A stretch of DNA of 64,000 bases from a virus. The notes under the pieces are model-generated. The model was not told where the DNA came from and made no database searches. It was given only the letters and a program-made list of their open reading frames with translations. The DNA is taken from the IMG/VR virus record IMGVR_UViG_3300010149_000010; one strand, written 5' to 3'. Shown here piece by piece: positions 41,165-51,300 of this stretch (positions are counted from its first letter, which is position 1; the number at the start of each line of letters is the position of its first letter). The translations under genes were made by a program, and so were the position numbers.

Positions 41165-44100
41165 TTAATCTCTCATCATTTTATTAATATAGGCATTACC
41201 TATCGGCCTTCTATTGTCGTTGACAGTCAGTGACGCCTGCCCTCCAGCCGATACAAAGTGCTTGCCCATAGTTTGAGCTGCAGAAAGGCTTGGAGCCTCT
41301 CCGTACATCTTAATTGAACGATTCAATGATACAGTACTCACTCCGCTATTGATAGGTCTTTCATAAAAATTATCAATCCCATTTATCTTACCTGGGCTTA
41401 CGTTTCCGTGCTCTCTACTAAAACTTTGTTGCAAAGCTCTATTGCTTAAACCTTGCCCCGCTTTTAAAGCTTCTTTAGAGATAGAATCGGAAAATTTACC
41501 TCCAGGTTCAAGCGAGCTGCTTGGCGAATTTGCTCCCACAGCATACGAAGCCAAAAGCGAACCTGCAATTACTCCAGCCAAACCCTTGCTCCTGCTAACG
41601 GTTTCGCTAAAAGCACTTCTAGCAGAATCTACTTTAGAAAAAATCGATTCTATTTCATCAAGCTCGCCAGTAATCACTCCACCTTCCATTGAAAAACCCT
41701 TGTTCATTAGTTGGAACAATTGCTGGCTGTTAAACCTAGAAGAACCTTCTAATTTTCTTCCAAGTGCCTTGTTAGATGTAAAATCGTTAAATCCATATTT
41801 TTTTACATTTCTAGCCATAACATCAAAAGAGTCAAATATTTCTTGGACATTTAAATTTACGTCTCCTAGAGCTTCTCTAAACTTTTTCGTTGCATTACCT
41901 TCTCCTAAGTTATGGAACTCAATTGACTTTGCATCTATTTTTAAGTTGCCTTCAGCATTTTCCAACAAAGTTCCTTTGAATATCTTGTCCTGGAAAAAGC
42001 TTTTTAGAGCATCGCCCTTACCCGTATTAAAAGATGTTTTTAAAGCACTTAGGTATTCCCTAGAAATGTTAGCAGCAATCGGAAGCTTCTTGCCTTTAAT
42101 TCCTAAAACTTCTTGAGCCACTGATATTAAAGCTGCTCCACTTTGAATTTTTTTAAATTGAGCTGCAAAATCTCCACTAGTATCATCTGCAGCAGACTGT
42201 GCAAGTCCCAGCATTCCTGCTTTAACTTGCACATCTAGACCACCAATTCCCTTTACTATTTGTTCTTTCTGGTACTCGTCTACAATGGACTGAGCAACTG
42301 TCATTTGTGAGGCTCCCATGCGCTTCCCTAGCTTCTCTACACCTTCCCCAAGCAGGCTCATGTTAGTTAGAAACTCTGCACCATAAGTGTACATTTTTTT
42401 TGCGTCGATCCCTTGGTTTTTCATTTTATTTTTTAAAGTCTTGTCTACATCAAAAAATACCTGATAAGGATCCGCGTCAAAGTCTCCAATGCCAAACCTT
42501 GCAAAATCCATGCGCCCAGAAAAGGCAGTCCTTTTACCTGTATTTACATCTTCTATTTGCATGCTCATGTCTATTTGAGGAAACCTTACAGTCCCTCCTC
42601 CATGCTCGCCTTTCTCTAAGTGCTTGTTAAGCATATCTTTATATATACCACCATAAGCACTAACTTGCTCTTCGTTTAGTTTTCCGCTTTCTTTCAACAA
42701 TCTTAGTTCAGCCAAATCGGCACCTGTTTTAACTTCTCTTCCCAAAACATCGTCTAGGATTTTTAAAGGCCTGCTTATACCAGGCGCTCTTGGCTGAGTT
42801 TTGTTTCCTTGAAAATCTGTATCTAAACCGCTTACTTCAGGAGCGTTGTTCATTATTTTTTCATCTATATCTTTTATAGTTATATCACCTTCATTTTCTA
42901 TTGATTCTTTTTGAGCATTTTCTATTAATTGTTTTTGAGCTTTGATTTCGTCTTCTTCTTGATTTAATCTTTCTATTTCTTCGAAAAGCGCTTTTCTGCG
43001 TTTTTGTTTACCCCTAAAAGGGTTTTTTTCCATTTCGTTAAGATCGCGCGTTGCTCTTTGTGAAATTTCTCTTTGTGAATAGAAATTTGACGCTCTATCT
43101 TTCACCTCTGACATTTTTACTTCTTCTCCTCTAGCTTCTCTTCTGATTACATCGTAGGCGTCTATCTTTGTAGCTTGAGGCGCAAGAGTGTAATTGCTGT
43201 TTTCATTAAGGACTTTTCTTACCCTTCCTCTGTTTCGAGAACTTATCCTCTCTAAGAACGGTTCGAGACTTTCTTCTGTAACCATGCCTTTTTTTCGTGC
43301 CGCTATAATTTCTTCAGAAACTGCTGGCCCCACTCCTTTTAGCTGCATCAATTCCTCTTTTGTTGCTAAGTTTAAATTCACAACACTCGCTCCACCACTT
43401 CTTACTTCTTTTATCCTCTGCGATATTTGCTCCCTATTCATATTGATTTTGCTCCGACCCTTGTTGTCAGGTTGAGCTAGTTCTTCTAAAGGGTTCAATT
43501 TACTCCCCGTTTGATTTCCATACTCATCAAGTAAGGGTACGTTTTTTCCAGAAAACTTTCTTGCTAAAAACTCGTTTTCAAAGCCTTCCAAGCTTCTCAA
43601 GTGAGTTTTATTGTCAGCATTAAAACCAAAAAAAGGTCCCATTTCGTTTATGAATCCAATAGCCTCTTTTTTATTTTCGAAATGCCTAAAAGAAGATGTC
43701 AACCTACCTTCATCTACACTCCTTCCATATGCTCCAACGTCTTCTATAGTTTCTGTGAACTCTCTTTCTAAACTACGTCTTATGTTTCCTTCAGAGACAT
43801 CACCGCCTCCAAGAACAGCCCTTCCGTAAACGTCTTTATTTTTATCAGCAGCGGTAATTTGTTCGTTAATTTTATGTATTTTATTATCAATAATTTTTGC
43901 TTCTTCATTAAGACCTTTAAGTTCCTCTGCCTTTTTGCTATATTCTGTAGTTTTTGTTGAACCAGCTTTATTAAACTTCTTAATTTGTTCAATTATCGGC
44001 TCGGCCTTTTTTTTTATTTTTGAAAACTGATCTTGCAAAAGAGCTACTTTACTATGACGTTTAGCTTGTGCTGCACCTACGTCTTCAGCAAGAAGGTTCA

Positions 44101-47100
44101 AATTACTTTCTTGAGGTAGGTTTCCTGAAAATACACCATGCCGCCTCTCTATAAACCCTCCAGGTTCTTCTAAAATCTTTGAAGCATCTCGCCTTTTGTT
44201 TAAAAGGGACTCCCTTTCAGCAACAAACTTTTCGTAACCTTCTTCACCTTTTATACTGGCTCTTTCTTGTTTGATTTCTTGCCTTTTGGCATAAACTTCT
44301 TGCCCCCTAGTATAAACAGCATCTCTTTCATCAAGTTTTTCTAAACCAGTAACCCCTTTTAATATTTCCGAAACTTTATCTTGGTTTAATGATTTTCTAA
44401 TCTTTTTAAGATGCTCTACATAATCCGGTGTAAACTCTTCTCCTTTTTCTACATTTCTTAAAAACTGTAGTGGTTTTAGCTCTTTTTCAAAATCGTATTG
44501 ATAAATACCCATGCTTGCAAAAATGTGTGAAAAACCTATGAGAGGATTTCTTTGTATCGTTCCAGAAATTCCTTCTTTTTTGCTTCGATGCATGCCAGTA
44601 AAAAAGGCTTCCAAAGTCTCTTCCATTATTTTGTTTGTTTCTTTTTTGGTAGAGACTTTACCTTGAGAAGCTAAATGTTTATTTATTGCTGATTCGTAGG
44701 TACCCATTCCATCTAGGAAAGCCTGTTGATCCATAAATGCAACATAGCCCATTTCTTTGTTTACCACTTCAGACAAAGAGTCTACAATTTGCTTTTGAAC
44801 ATTCAGATCATCGCTAAAGATTGTAGCTCCAACGCCTTTTTTTCCTAAAGTGAACCCACCTCCCATATAAGAGCCTGATCCTAAGATTTTACCACTTAGT
44901 GTACTCCTGATCGCTGTACCCGTTATTTTGCTTAATCTTTTTCTAACTTCAGTAAAGCCTGAAATTGATTTTTCGATTTCATCTTCATCAGTTCCAGCAT
45001 CCTTCAACGAAGATAAAGATGATAGCAAGTCTGTAATATTTCTTCCGTATTCAGCTTCTACTTTTATGACTTCATCACTCGACCTGATCTCATGGCCTAA
45101 AAACCCTTGAAAGGTATCTTCTCCTGGGAGAAATATTTCTTTTTTGCCTCCAGTAAATTCGTACAGCCTATCCAGCCCCTCTTTAGAGAGGCCCATTTTT
45201 TCTAAATCAAGTATGTTCCCTCCTTTCCTGGCAGACAGTTTTTCAACGACTTCTTTCTCTTTGCCTTGCCCAAGGTCTAAAAGTTCAGTTACCTCTTCTT
45301 CGGTTAGTTTACCAACATCGCTTAAACCTGATATCTGCTCTTTTATATTTGTTGCATCAAGCTTTCCAAGAGATTCTTGTGTCAGCTTCATTCCCATCAA
45401 GCCTCCAGCGCGACTTTCGAATCCTTCCATTCTGGTTATCATTGAAGAAACGTATCCCGTCGCTTCTTTTGAATCCATCCCCCAAAAGGATCTTAAAGAA
45501 GAATAAAGATAGTTCGCAAACCTTGGTTCAGCCTTAGCTACGCTTCTGCCCAGGTCTGTATGTGGAGTACCAACAGTTCCAAACGCAGCACCGATTACCA
45601 CACCTCTTTTTGCTGTCTCTTCGATTTTACTTAAATAGGGATCAACATCAACTACACCCGCGTCTTTTAAACCCGCAGCTATTTTTCTTTCAAAATATTC
45701 TAAGTTTAAACCAAACTTTTTATTGCTTGCTTGGTTTCTAGCATAAGACATTACCATTCCAAAATGATCAGCACTTATTCCTTCATCACCAGCCCTTTTT
45801 GCAATTGTTTGAAAGAACTTCCCTAAAGTTGAAGCGCTTTTTTGCTTTGCAGACACTTGGTCTACATTTGTTAGCGTGCTTTTAAAATCACCCAATTGGT
45901 TGTCATTTATTTCGGTAAGCAATTCATCTGCATTGTCTAAAGACCCCATACTAGTATTTAATGCTTTGTCCATTGCTGCTTCATCCAACCCGAGCATCTT
46001 CATACCTCCGTGTATCTGCGTACGCAGATACCCAGCAGACTTTCCCAATTGAGCTGTTGTGGTAAGCAAGGTGTTCTCTATCCTTCCCCCAAAACCGTCT
46101 TTATTGAAAAACACCTCTCCAATGTCACGAACACCCAACTCTTCCAGTTTCTTCAACATAGAAGATTCATTAATTGTAAGCGTTGTGTCTTTGGCTAAAG
46201 AAGAGAATAGTTTGCTATAATCAACGTCTTGCAACACTTGGCCTTTAAGATGGTAGCGGTCCCTTCCTGTTTCCATGCTTTTTTCAGAAAGCCCAAGCGT
46301 AAATCTTTTCATACCTTTGTGACGTTTGATGTGCACAATTCTGTCGTCTTGTTTTCCTAAAACAGCACGCCCTTCAGAATCTCCAAATTGTTTGAAAAAA
46401 TCATCAATATCGTAATCGTCACCATCAACGAGTGAACCTATAGTTAAAAACTTTCTGTTATTGTCTTTTGAAGCATTTAAAACTTCCGTCAATAACTTGC
46501 TCTGGTTAATACCTTCTTTGTTTATGGTTTTTGTATAACCTTTTTTAACCTGAATGGTGCCCCCCATATAACTCATCCCTTCACCAAGGCCTAATTGAGC
46601 AGCAGGGTTTTTTATTTTTTTTGCTCCGTGTTGTGCTTCTTCAAGTTTTTCAAAAATCATAATAGCGCCAAAGTTTACGCCTCTGATATTTTTAGATACT
46701 TCCTTATCACTGGTGATTCCAATCAATTCATTGCTTGCCCCAGATATTTTAATGTCTCCCTTTTTTCCAAAAGTAGCGTCTCTTTCAACACCTGCAAACC
46801 CTGCTGCTAATTCGGGTCTTCCGTAAACTTGACCAGCACGCGCTGTTTGAGGCACTAAACTGCGGTCCAGTCGCCCATACCTTTTCATCGCATTGAAGGC
46901 CGTTTTTGTTTTTGTTCCAGAATCATTCTCCAGTCGCTCAATATGACCTACTATCATTTCTCTTTTTAAATCAAATGGATCCTTAAATCTAGAAGTCAAA
47001 GTTTGCGAACCTGAAGTACCTCCATAAATTTCTGACTCATATTGAAGTATTTTTTTCGTTACTTGCTCCCTGTCTTTTTGTGCAAATTTTTCCAGTCCAG

Positions 47101-48352
47101 CAATTCTATGTATTGATGATTGAAAAGCTCGAGAATCTATAAGTGTAGACATCAAGTCTTTGTCGATTAAATTTATTTCTTTTCCACCATTAATTGTTCT
47201 GCTTGAATTCAATCCTTCAATCATTGTTCTTGGGGTCTCTATTGACATCGACCTAATATAGTCATTGTACTCATTTATATTTGTCACGCTAAAATTTTGA
47301 AAAGACTGTTTGTTTTCTTTTATCAATCCAAATAAATGATCTTCTAAGCTCATTGTAGCGTCTTTTAGCGCAGCTGCTGCCCCAGTCCCCTTTGGGGTTG
47401 CTAACTGATTCAAATCTAAACTAGGGAAAATTTTTGCAGCGTCTATTACACCCCCACTAGTAGTGTACCGTGTAGACATATTCTCCGTCCCTCTTATTAT
47501 TGTCATTCCAGATCTTGGGTCTTTAGCCAGGTCTAAAGCTACGTTTTGAAACCTCCCACTGCTATGCTCTACTCTCGCATAAGTAGACTTACCTTCACCT
47601 GGTCCATACTCTTCTAAAGATACTAATTGTATATTCTTTCCTGAAGCCATGGATTTAAGTTCCCCATATTTCTTCGTCGCTTTTCTACTCAGATCACTTG
47701 TCGATGCTGACTTCCACTCTACAGTGGAGGTTCCTTCTGTTGTGAAATCTTTGAAGGTGGTATTGAATTGGCCTTTTGTTTTCATCATTGAAGAGTGTCT
47801 TTTTTTGAATTCTTGCAACTTTGGACCGCTAGTACTTACACTACTTTTATAAAAATCAATAGCAGTCCGCATATCAACCTGTTCGATGTTTCCTGTTTCA
47901 ACACCTTGGTACAGTTTTTCTAACGATGCTTTTAGTGATCCCGAATCATCAATCATGCTTTCGCTAGCAGTATCAAAAAGTGCTGACAAAAAAGCCCTTG
48001 CTTCATTTGCGGAAGATGTTTCATTAAACATTCTTTCTAGGTTCTCACTACTTAAAATCTCCTCTTTAAAAGTTTTAAGTGCTACTTTCCTGCTTTCGTT
48101 TACAACACTCTTTAACCTTTCAGCATCTTTTCTAATTATGCTTCCTGCCCGACCTAACTCATTTTGCGAAGCAGAAGAGTTCTTTAAAGCCCCTAAGCTC
48201 TTCTTTACACCTGATGTTAAATTTACATTCTCGTTTAACAGGTAGGCTGTCCCAGCCACAGCAGCGGCTCCTATTACTGTGCGTCCAGTGTTTTTTATAT
48301 TCGACACTTCTTTATCTTTTTGCTGCTCATTTAATAGATTTATTAAAGACAT
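41165..48352 (-). CDS. Giant virion protein; candidate single-chain two-barrel (DPBB) RNA polymerase with HhH insertion
   Basis: LGEG (E591), K714-x6-K721, QRNP (R1268), ComEA-like HhH (~aa 1657-1690), GDFDAD (aa 1956-1961); hydrophobic segments near both termini. Confidence 0.55.
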   Translation of the reverse strand: MSLINLLNEQQKDKEVSNIKNTGRTVIGAAAVAGTAYLLNENVNLTSGVKKSLGALKNSSASQNELGRAGSIIRKDAERLKSVVNESRKVALKTFKEEILSSENLERMFNETSSANEARAFLSALFDTASESMIDDSGSLKASLEKLYQGVETGNIEQVDMRTAIDFYKSSVSTSGPKLQEFKKRHSSMMKTKGQFNTTFKDFTTEGTSTVEWKSASTSDLSRKATKKYGELKSMASGKNIQLVSLEEYGPGEGKSTYARVEHSSGRFQNVALDLAKDPRSGMTIIRGTENMSTRYTTSGGVIDAAKIFPSLDLNQLATPKGTGAAAALKDATMSLEDHLFGLIKENKQSFQNFSVTNINEYNDYIRSMSIETPRTMIEGLNSSRTINGGKEINLIDKDLMSTLIDSRAFQSSIHRIAGLEKFAQKDREQVTKKILQYESEIYGGTSGSQTLTSRFKDPFDLKREMIVGHIERLENDSGTKTKTAFNAMKRYGRLDRSLVPQTARAGQVYGRPELAAGFAGVERDATFGKKGDIKISGASNELIGITSDKEVSKNIRGVNFGAIMIFEKLEEAQHGAKKIKNPAAQLGLGEGMSYMGGTIQVKKGYTKTINKEGINQSKLLTEVLNASKDNNRKFLTIGSLVDGDDYDIDDFFKQFGDSEGRAVLGKQDDRIVHIKRHKGMKRFTLGLSEKSMETGRDRYHLKGQVLQDVDYSKLFSSLAKDTTLTINESSMLKKLEELGVRDIGEVFFNKDGFGGRIENTLLTTTAQLGKSAGYLRTQIHGGMKMLGLDEAAMDKALNTSMGSLDNADELLTEINDNQLGDFKSTLTNVDQVSAKQKSASTLGKFFQTIAKRAGDEGISADHFGMVMSYARNQASNKKFGLNLEYFERKIAAGLKDAGVVDVDPYLSKIEETAKRGVVIGAAFGTVGTPHTDLGRSVAKAEPRFANYLYSSLRSFWGMDSKEATGYVSSMITRMEGFESRAGGLMGMKLTQESLGKLDATNIKEQISGLSDVGKLTEEEVTELLDLGQGKEKEVVEKLSARKGGNILDLEKMGLSKEGLDRLYEFTGGKKEIFLPGEDTFQGFLGHEIRSSDEVIKVEAEYGRNITDLLSSLSSLKDAGTDEDEIEKSISGFTEVRKRLSKITGTAIRSTLSGKILGSGSYMGGGFTLGKKGVGATIFSDDLNVQKQIVDSLSEVVNKEMGYVAFMDQQAFLDGMGTYESAINKHLASQGKVSTKKETNKIMEETLEAFFTGMHRSKKEGISGTIQRNPLIGFSHIFASMGIYQYDFEKELKPLQFLRNVEKGEEFTPDYVEHLKKIRKSLNQDKVSEILKGVTGLEKLDERDAVYTRGQEVYAKRQEIKQERASIKGEEGYEKFVAERESLLNKRRDASKILEEPGGFIERRHGVFSGNLPQESNLNLLAEDVGAAQAKRHSKVALLQDQFSKIKKKAEPIIEQIKKFNKAGSTKTTEYSKKAEELKGLNEEAKIIDNKIHKINEQITAADKNKDVYGRAVLGGGDVSEGNIRRSLEREFTETIEDVGAYGRSVDEGRLTSSFRHFENKKEAIGFINEMGPFFGFNADNKTHLRSLEGFENEFLARKFSGKNVPLLDEYGNQTGSKLNPLEELAQPDNKGRSKINMNREQISQRIKEVRSGGASVVNLNLATKEELMQLKGVGPAVSEEIIAARKKGMVTEESLEPFLERISSRNRGRVRKVLNENSNYTLAPQATKIDAYDVIRREARGEEVKMSEVKDRASNFYSQREISQRATRDLNEMEKNPFRGKQKRRKALFEEIERLNQEEDEIKAQKQLIENAQKESIENEGDITIKDIDEKIMNNAPEVSGLDTDFQGNKTQPRAPGISRPLKILDDVLGREVKTGADLAELRLLKESGKLNEEQVSAYGGIYKDMLNKHLEKGEHGGGTVRFPQIDMSMQIEDVNTGKRTAFSGRMDFARFGIGDFDADPYQVFFDVDKTLKNKMKNQGIDAKKMYTYGAEFLTNMSLLGEGVEKLGKRMGASQMTVAQSIVDEYQKEQIVKGIGGLDVQVKAGMLGLAQSAADDTSGDFAAQFKKIQSGAALISVAQEVLGIKGKKLPIAANISREYLSALKTSFNTGKGDALKSFFQDKIFKGTLLENAEGNLKIDAKSIEFHNLGEGNATKKFREALGDVNLNVQEIFDSFDVMARNVKKYGFNDFTSNKALGRKLEGSSRFNSQQLFQLMNKGFSMEGGVITGELDEIESIFSKVDSARSAFSETVSRSKGLAGVIAGSLLASYAVGANSPSSSLEPGGKFSDSISKEALKAGQGLSNRALQQSFSREHGNVSPGKINGIDNFYERPINSGVSTVSLNRSIKMYGEAPSLSAAQTMGKHFVSAGGQASLTVNDNRRPIGNAYINKMMRD

Positions 48353-48353
48353 T

Positions 48354-51300
48354 TTAACCTCTTATCGCTAAACTTAACATTGACAGGATCTCAGTGCTCC
48401 TATCGTCGTTGTAATGTATTTCCGCTCTACTATTTTCATAAGGAGCGTGAGAAGTGTTTATTAAGGATTTACTAAAATCTATTCCCGTAGAATTCTTCAT
48501 TCCTCTTATAAGCCTGTTTCTTGCAGAGCTTCTTGATGGGCCTGGGCTCTCGTACATGAACATGTCAGAACCTTCCAAGTATGGCCTTCTCGAGGCTCTT
48601 CTAACTTGGCTATTCCAGACGTCATAATCGTGTGTCTCTTGACTGCTATTGTCTATGTATTTTACTTTAACATCTTCGATATCGACATCTTTGTGCCATC
48701 CGATCCAATCAGGCCCAGGTAGAGGTTTATTTATAAAGTACTTTTCAACCTCTTGCAATTGCTGACTCATATAGCCAGGATCTATGTTTGCTTTAGCACC
48801 TGCACCCATTAATGTCAATTTTTCACCGCTATCAACTCTGCCCCATACAGCTTTATAAAGATGCACTTGGTCTTCAGGTACAAGCTCTAGTATTTTTTCT
48901 CGATCAGCTTCTCTTGCATTTGCAAAAGCGTCAAAAAATCTTTTTTCTGCATTCGGAAGGGATAAGTACATGCTTAAAGCATCTCCATTAGGATTCACTC
49001 CCGTCCTAGTTTGAGCTGCCATCTTCATGTATCTTTGACGGTCCTTGCCATTCTCTGCACCTTGTGCAAGCTGCATAAACTTTAAAAATTGTAATTTATC
49101 AAAATGGCTGTCTAATTCTTCTCTTTTAGTTACATGTAATGGTTTTCCGCCCCACCCCATTAGGTTAGCTGCACTATACAAAGCTGGTCTGAACCAGTCC
49201 CTTACGTGCTTGTCCCAAAAAGCGTTTGTCGTACCGTAAACTCTTTCCTGCTCGTAAGCTTCTATTGCGGACCTTGTTTTACCCAAAAGTTTTTGCGTTG
49301 GTCTAAACCCGCCTGGAATTAAATATTCCGCAGGCGCACTCACTTTTCTAATTATGCTTTCTGCACCTTGATATAAACTTTTGGTGATATCTGATACTAC
49401 AGGAATTTTAATAGCATTTTTCGCATACTCAAAGTCCCTAGTAGGTGCGAGCTTTTTTCTATGTGCTTCAGAAGCGTTTTCTAAAATTCTATTTTCTAAA
49501 TCAGTTGTAAGCCCAGCGACTCTTCTTTCCATTAGTTGATTTCTTAACCGAATAGTCTCTCTCGATTTAGGCGACAAATCAGAGAGTATCTTGTACTTAT
49601 GTATGTCCGGATAGTCTTCTGGATCTAGACCTTCTACCTCTGGGTTTAAAGCTTCATAAGCTTTTCCAGGCATTCTAGAAAACCCATTTGGAATCGATCT
49701 GTATGGGTCTCCCCTCCTGTATCTTGCAGGCATCCATGAAGGCATTGTGTTGGCAATTGGGTTGTACTTTTCAATTGTAGATCTTGGTCGAGGAAGAATT
49801 CTTCTTATTGGCTCTGAAGTAAAACCTAGCCCACCCAAATCCATATCCCAATAATCTAGCACTCCAGAATCCATGTCTGAAGAAGAGGCCATTTGAAAAT
49901 CTCTTGTACCTATTGTTTCCCTACCGGTTACCAGTTTTTGCAAATAGTTTTTTGTATAACCAGTAAGACCCTCTATTTCTCTGAACTGATACTGCACTTC
50001 TCCTAAAAGCGAAGACGTAGAGTAGGGGCTTTTTGGAACTCCTGGCCCCATTTGGCCTAAAGCTTTACTAGATCCAAACTCTTGCAAGTAGGTGTGCTCG
50101 ACTTGCCCTTTGTCGTTGATTTGCATCAACTCTTCTTCATGCATTAGCCTTGGGGGTTTTATTAACCGACCAATTGTATTTGAAAGTATGCTCCCAATAA
50201 CGGGCACATCTTCAAAAGCAGAGCCACTTATTGGGTAAGGCCTATCATAGTAATTTTTCTCTTCCAAATGGTAAGTAAAATTCTTCAACATAAAACGGCT
50301 TAAAGGAGAGTATTCTTCTGTTTCATCTCCCCAAACAGCTTTCTCTTTTGCTTGCGTCATTAAAGATACATAAGCATGCGGCCTAAAATAACTAGTTTCA
50401 TTCCCTCCCAAAGGCGTCCCGCCACCTTCCCACCATCTTCCTTTTTTAATTTCTACAAGCTTTTTACCAGAATAAATTTCTTTTAGTTCATCTGGGTTTT
50501 CCATTGTACCAAAAAGGCTTCCCGTTAAAAGCTGATGTGTTGCTGCAACCCCTAAAAATAAAGCTCCAAATCTTCTTAAAATAGGTGAAGCATTTAAACT
50601 TTTAGCAAACTCATCGTAAGTCTTAGTTACTTCTTCACCGTTAACCATTCTTGTTACGTCCCCTTTCATCGGGGCGCCCAAGAATGAATGAAATATTTCT
50701 GCTCCAAGTATCTCAGTACGCCTTAGCGTGTTGTCTAAAATGCTTCCGGATTTATATTTACTGTTTATTATTTCAATTCTATCTAATAAAGATCTATTTA
50801 AATCATTGGATTTGTAATTATTATCATAAACGTCTGATCTAATTTTTGCATTTATATTATATTCAAAATCTAAGATTTCTTTCTCTCTTTTCGACACATC
50901 TGTAATGTTTCCGACAATTTGAAATAGATCTTTATTTTTATTAAAAAAAGTACCTAACTTTTTTATTTCTGAATTCTCTAAATCTCCTGCCCCTTTATTT
51001 TTAATTATTTCGTCAATACGCCTCGTATACTCTTTTATTTCCGGCGAGCCCGCATGTAGATTTGAAATCTCCTCACCAAGAGGGTTGTATTTCATAAAAT
51101 TTTCGCTGTAATTGCCACTTCCAGATTTTATTGGTACTAATGCATCATATAACGCTGATGCTTTTACTTGCTTACTTGTTAGAGGTATATCTACTTTTCC
51201 AGTTTTGGCGGAAGCAACTAAACCCACCCTGTCTTTTATAAAATCTGGCACAACTTTTTTTGCAATCTTATCTATTGCACTCAAATTATTGTCTGCGCTC

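Noticed and set aside
42490-44540. Intein or intron explaining the large insertion in the putative RNAP
   Set aside because: The frame is continuous, with no recognisable splice-junction residues or homing-endonuclease motifs.
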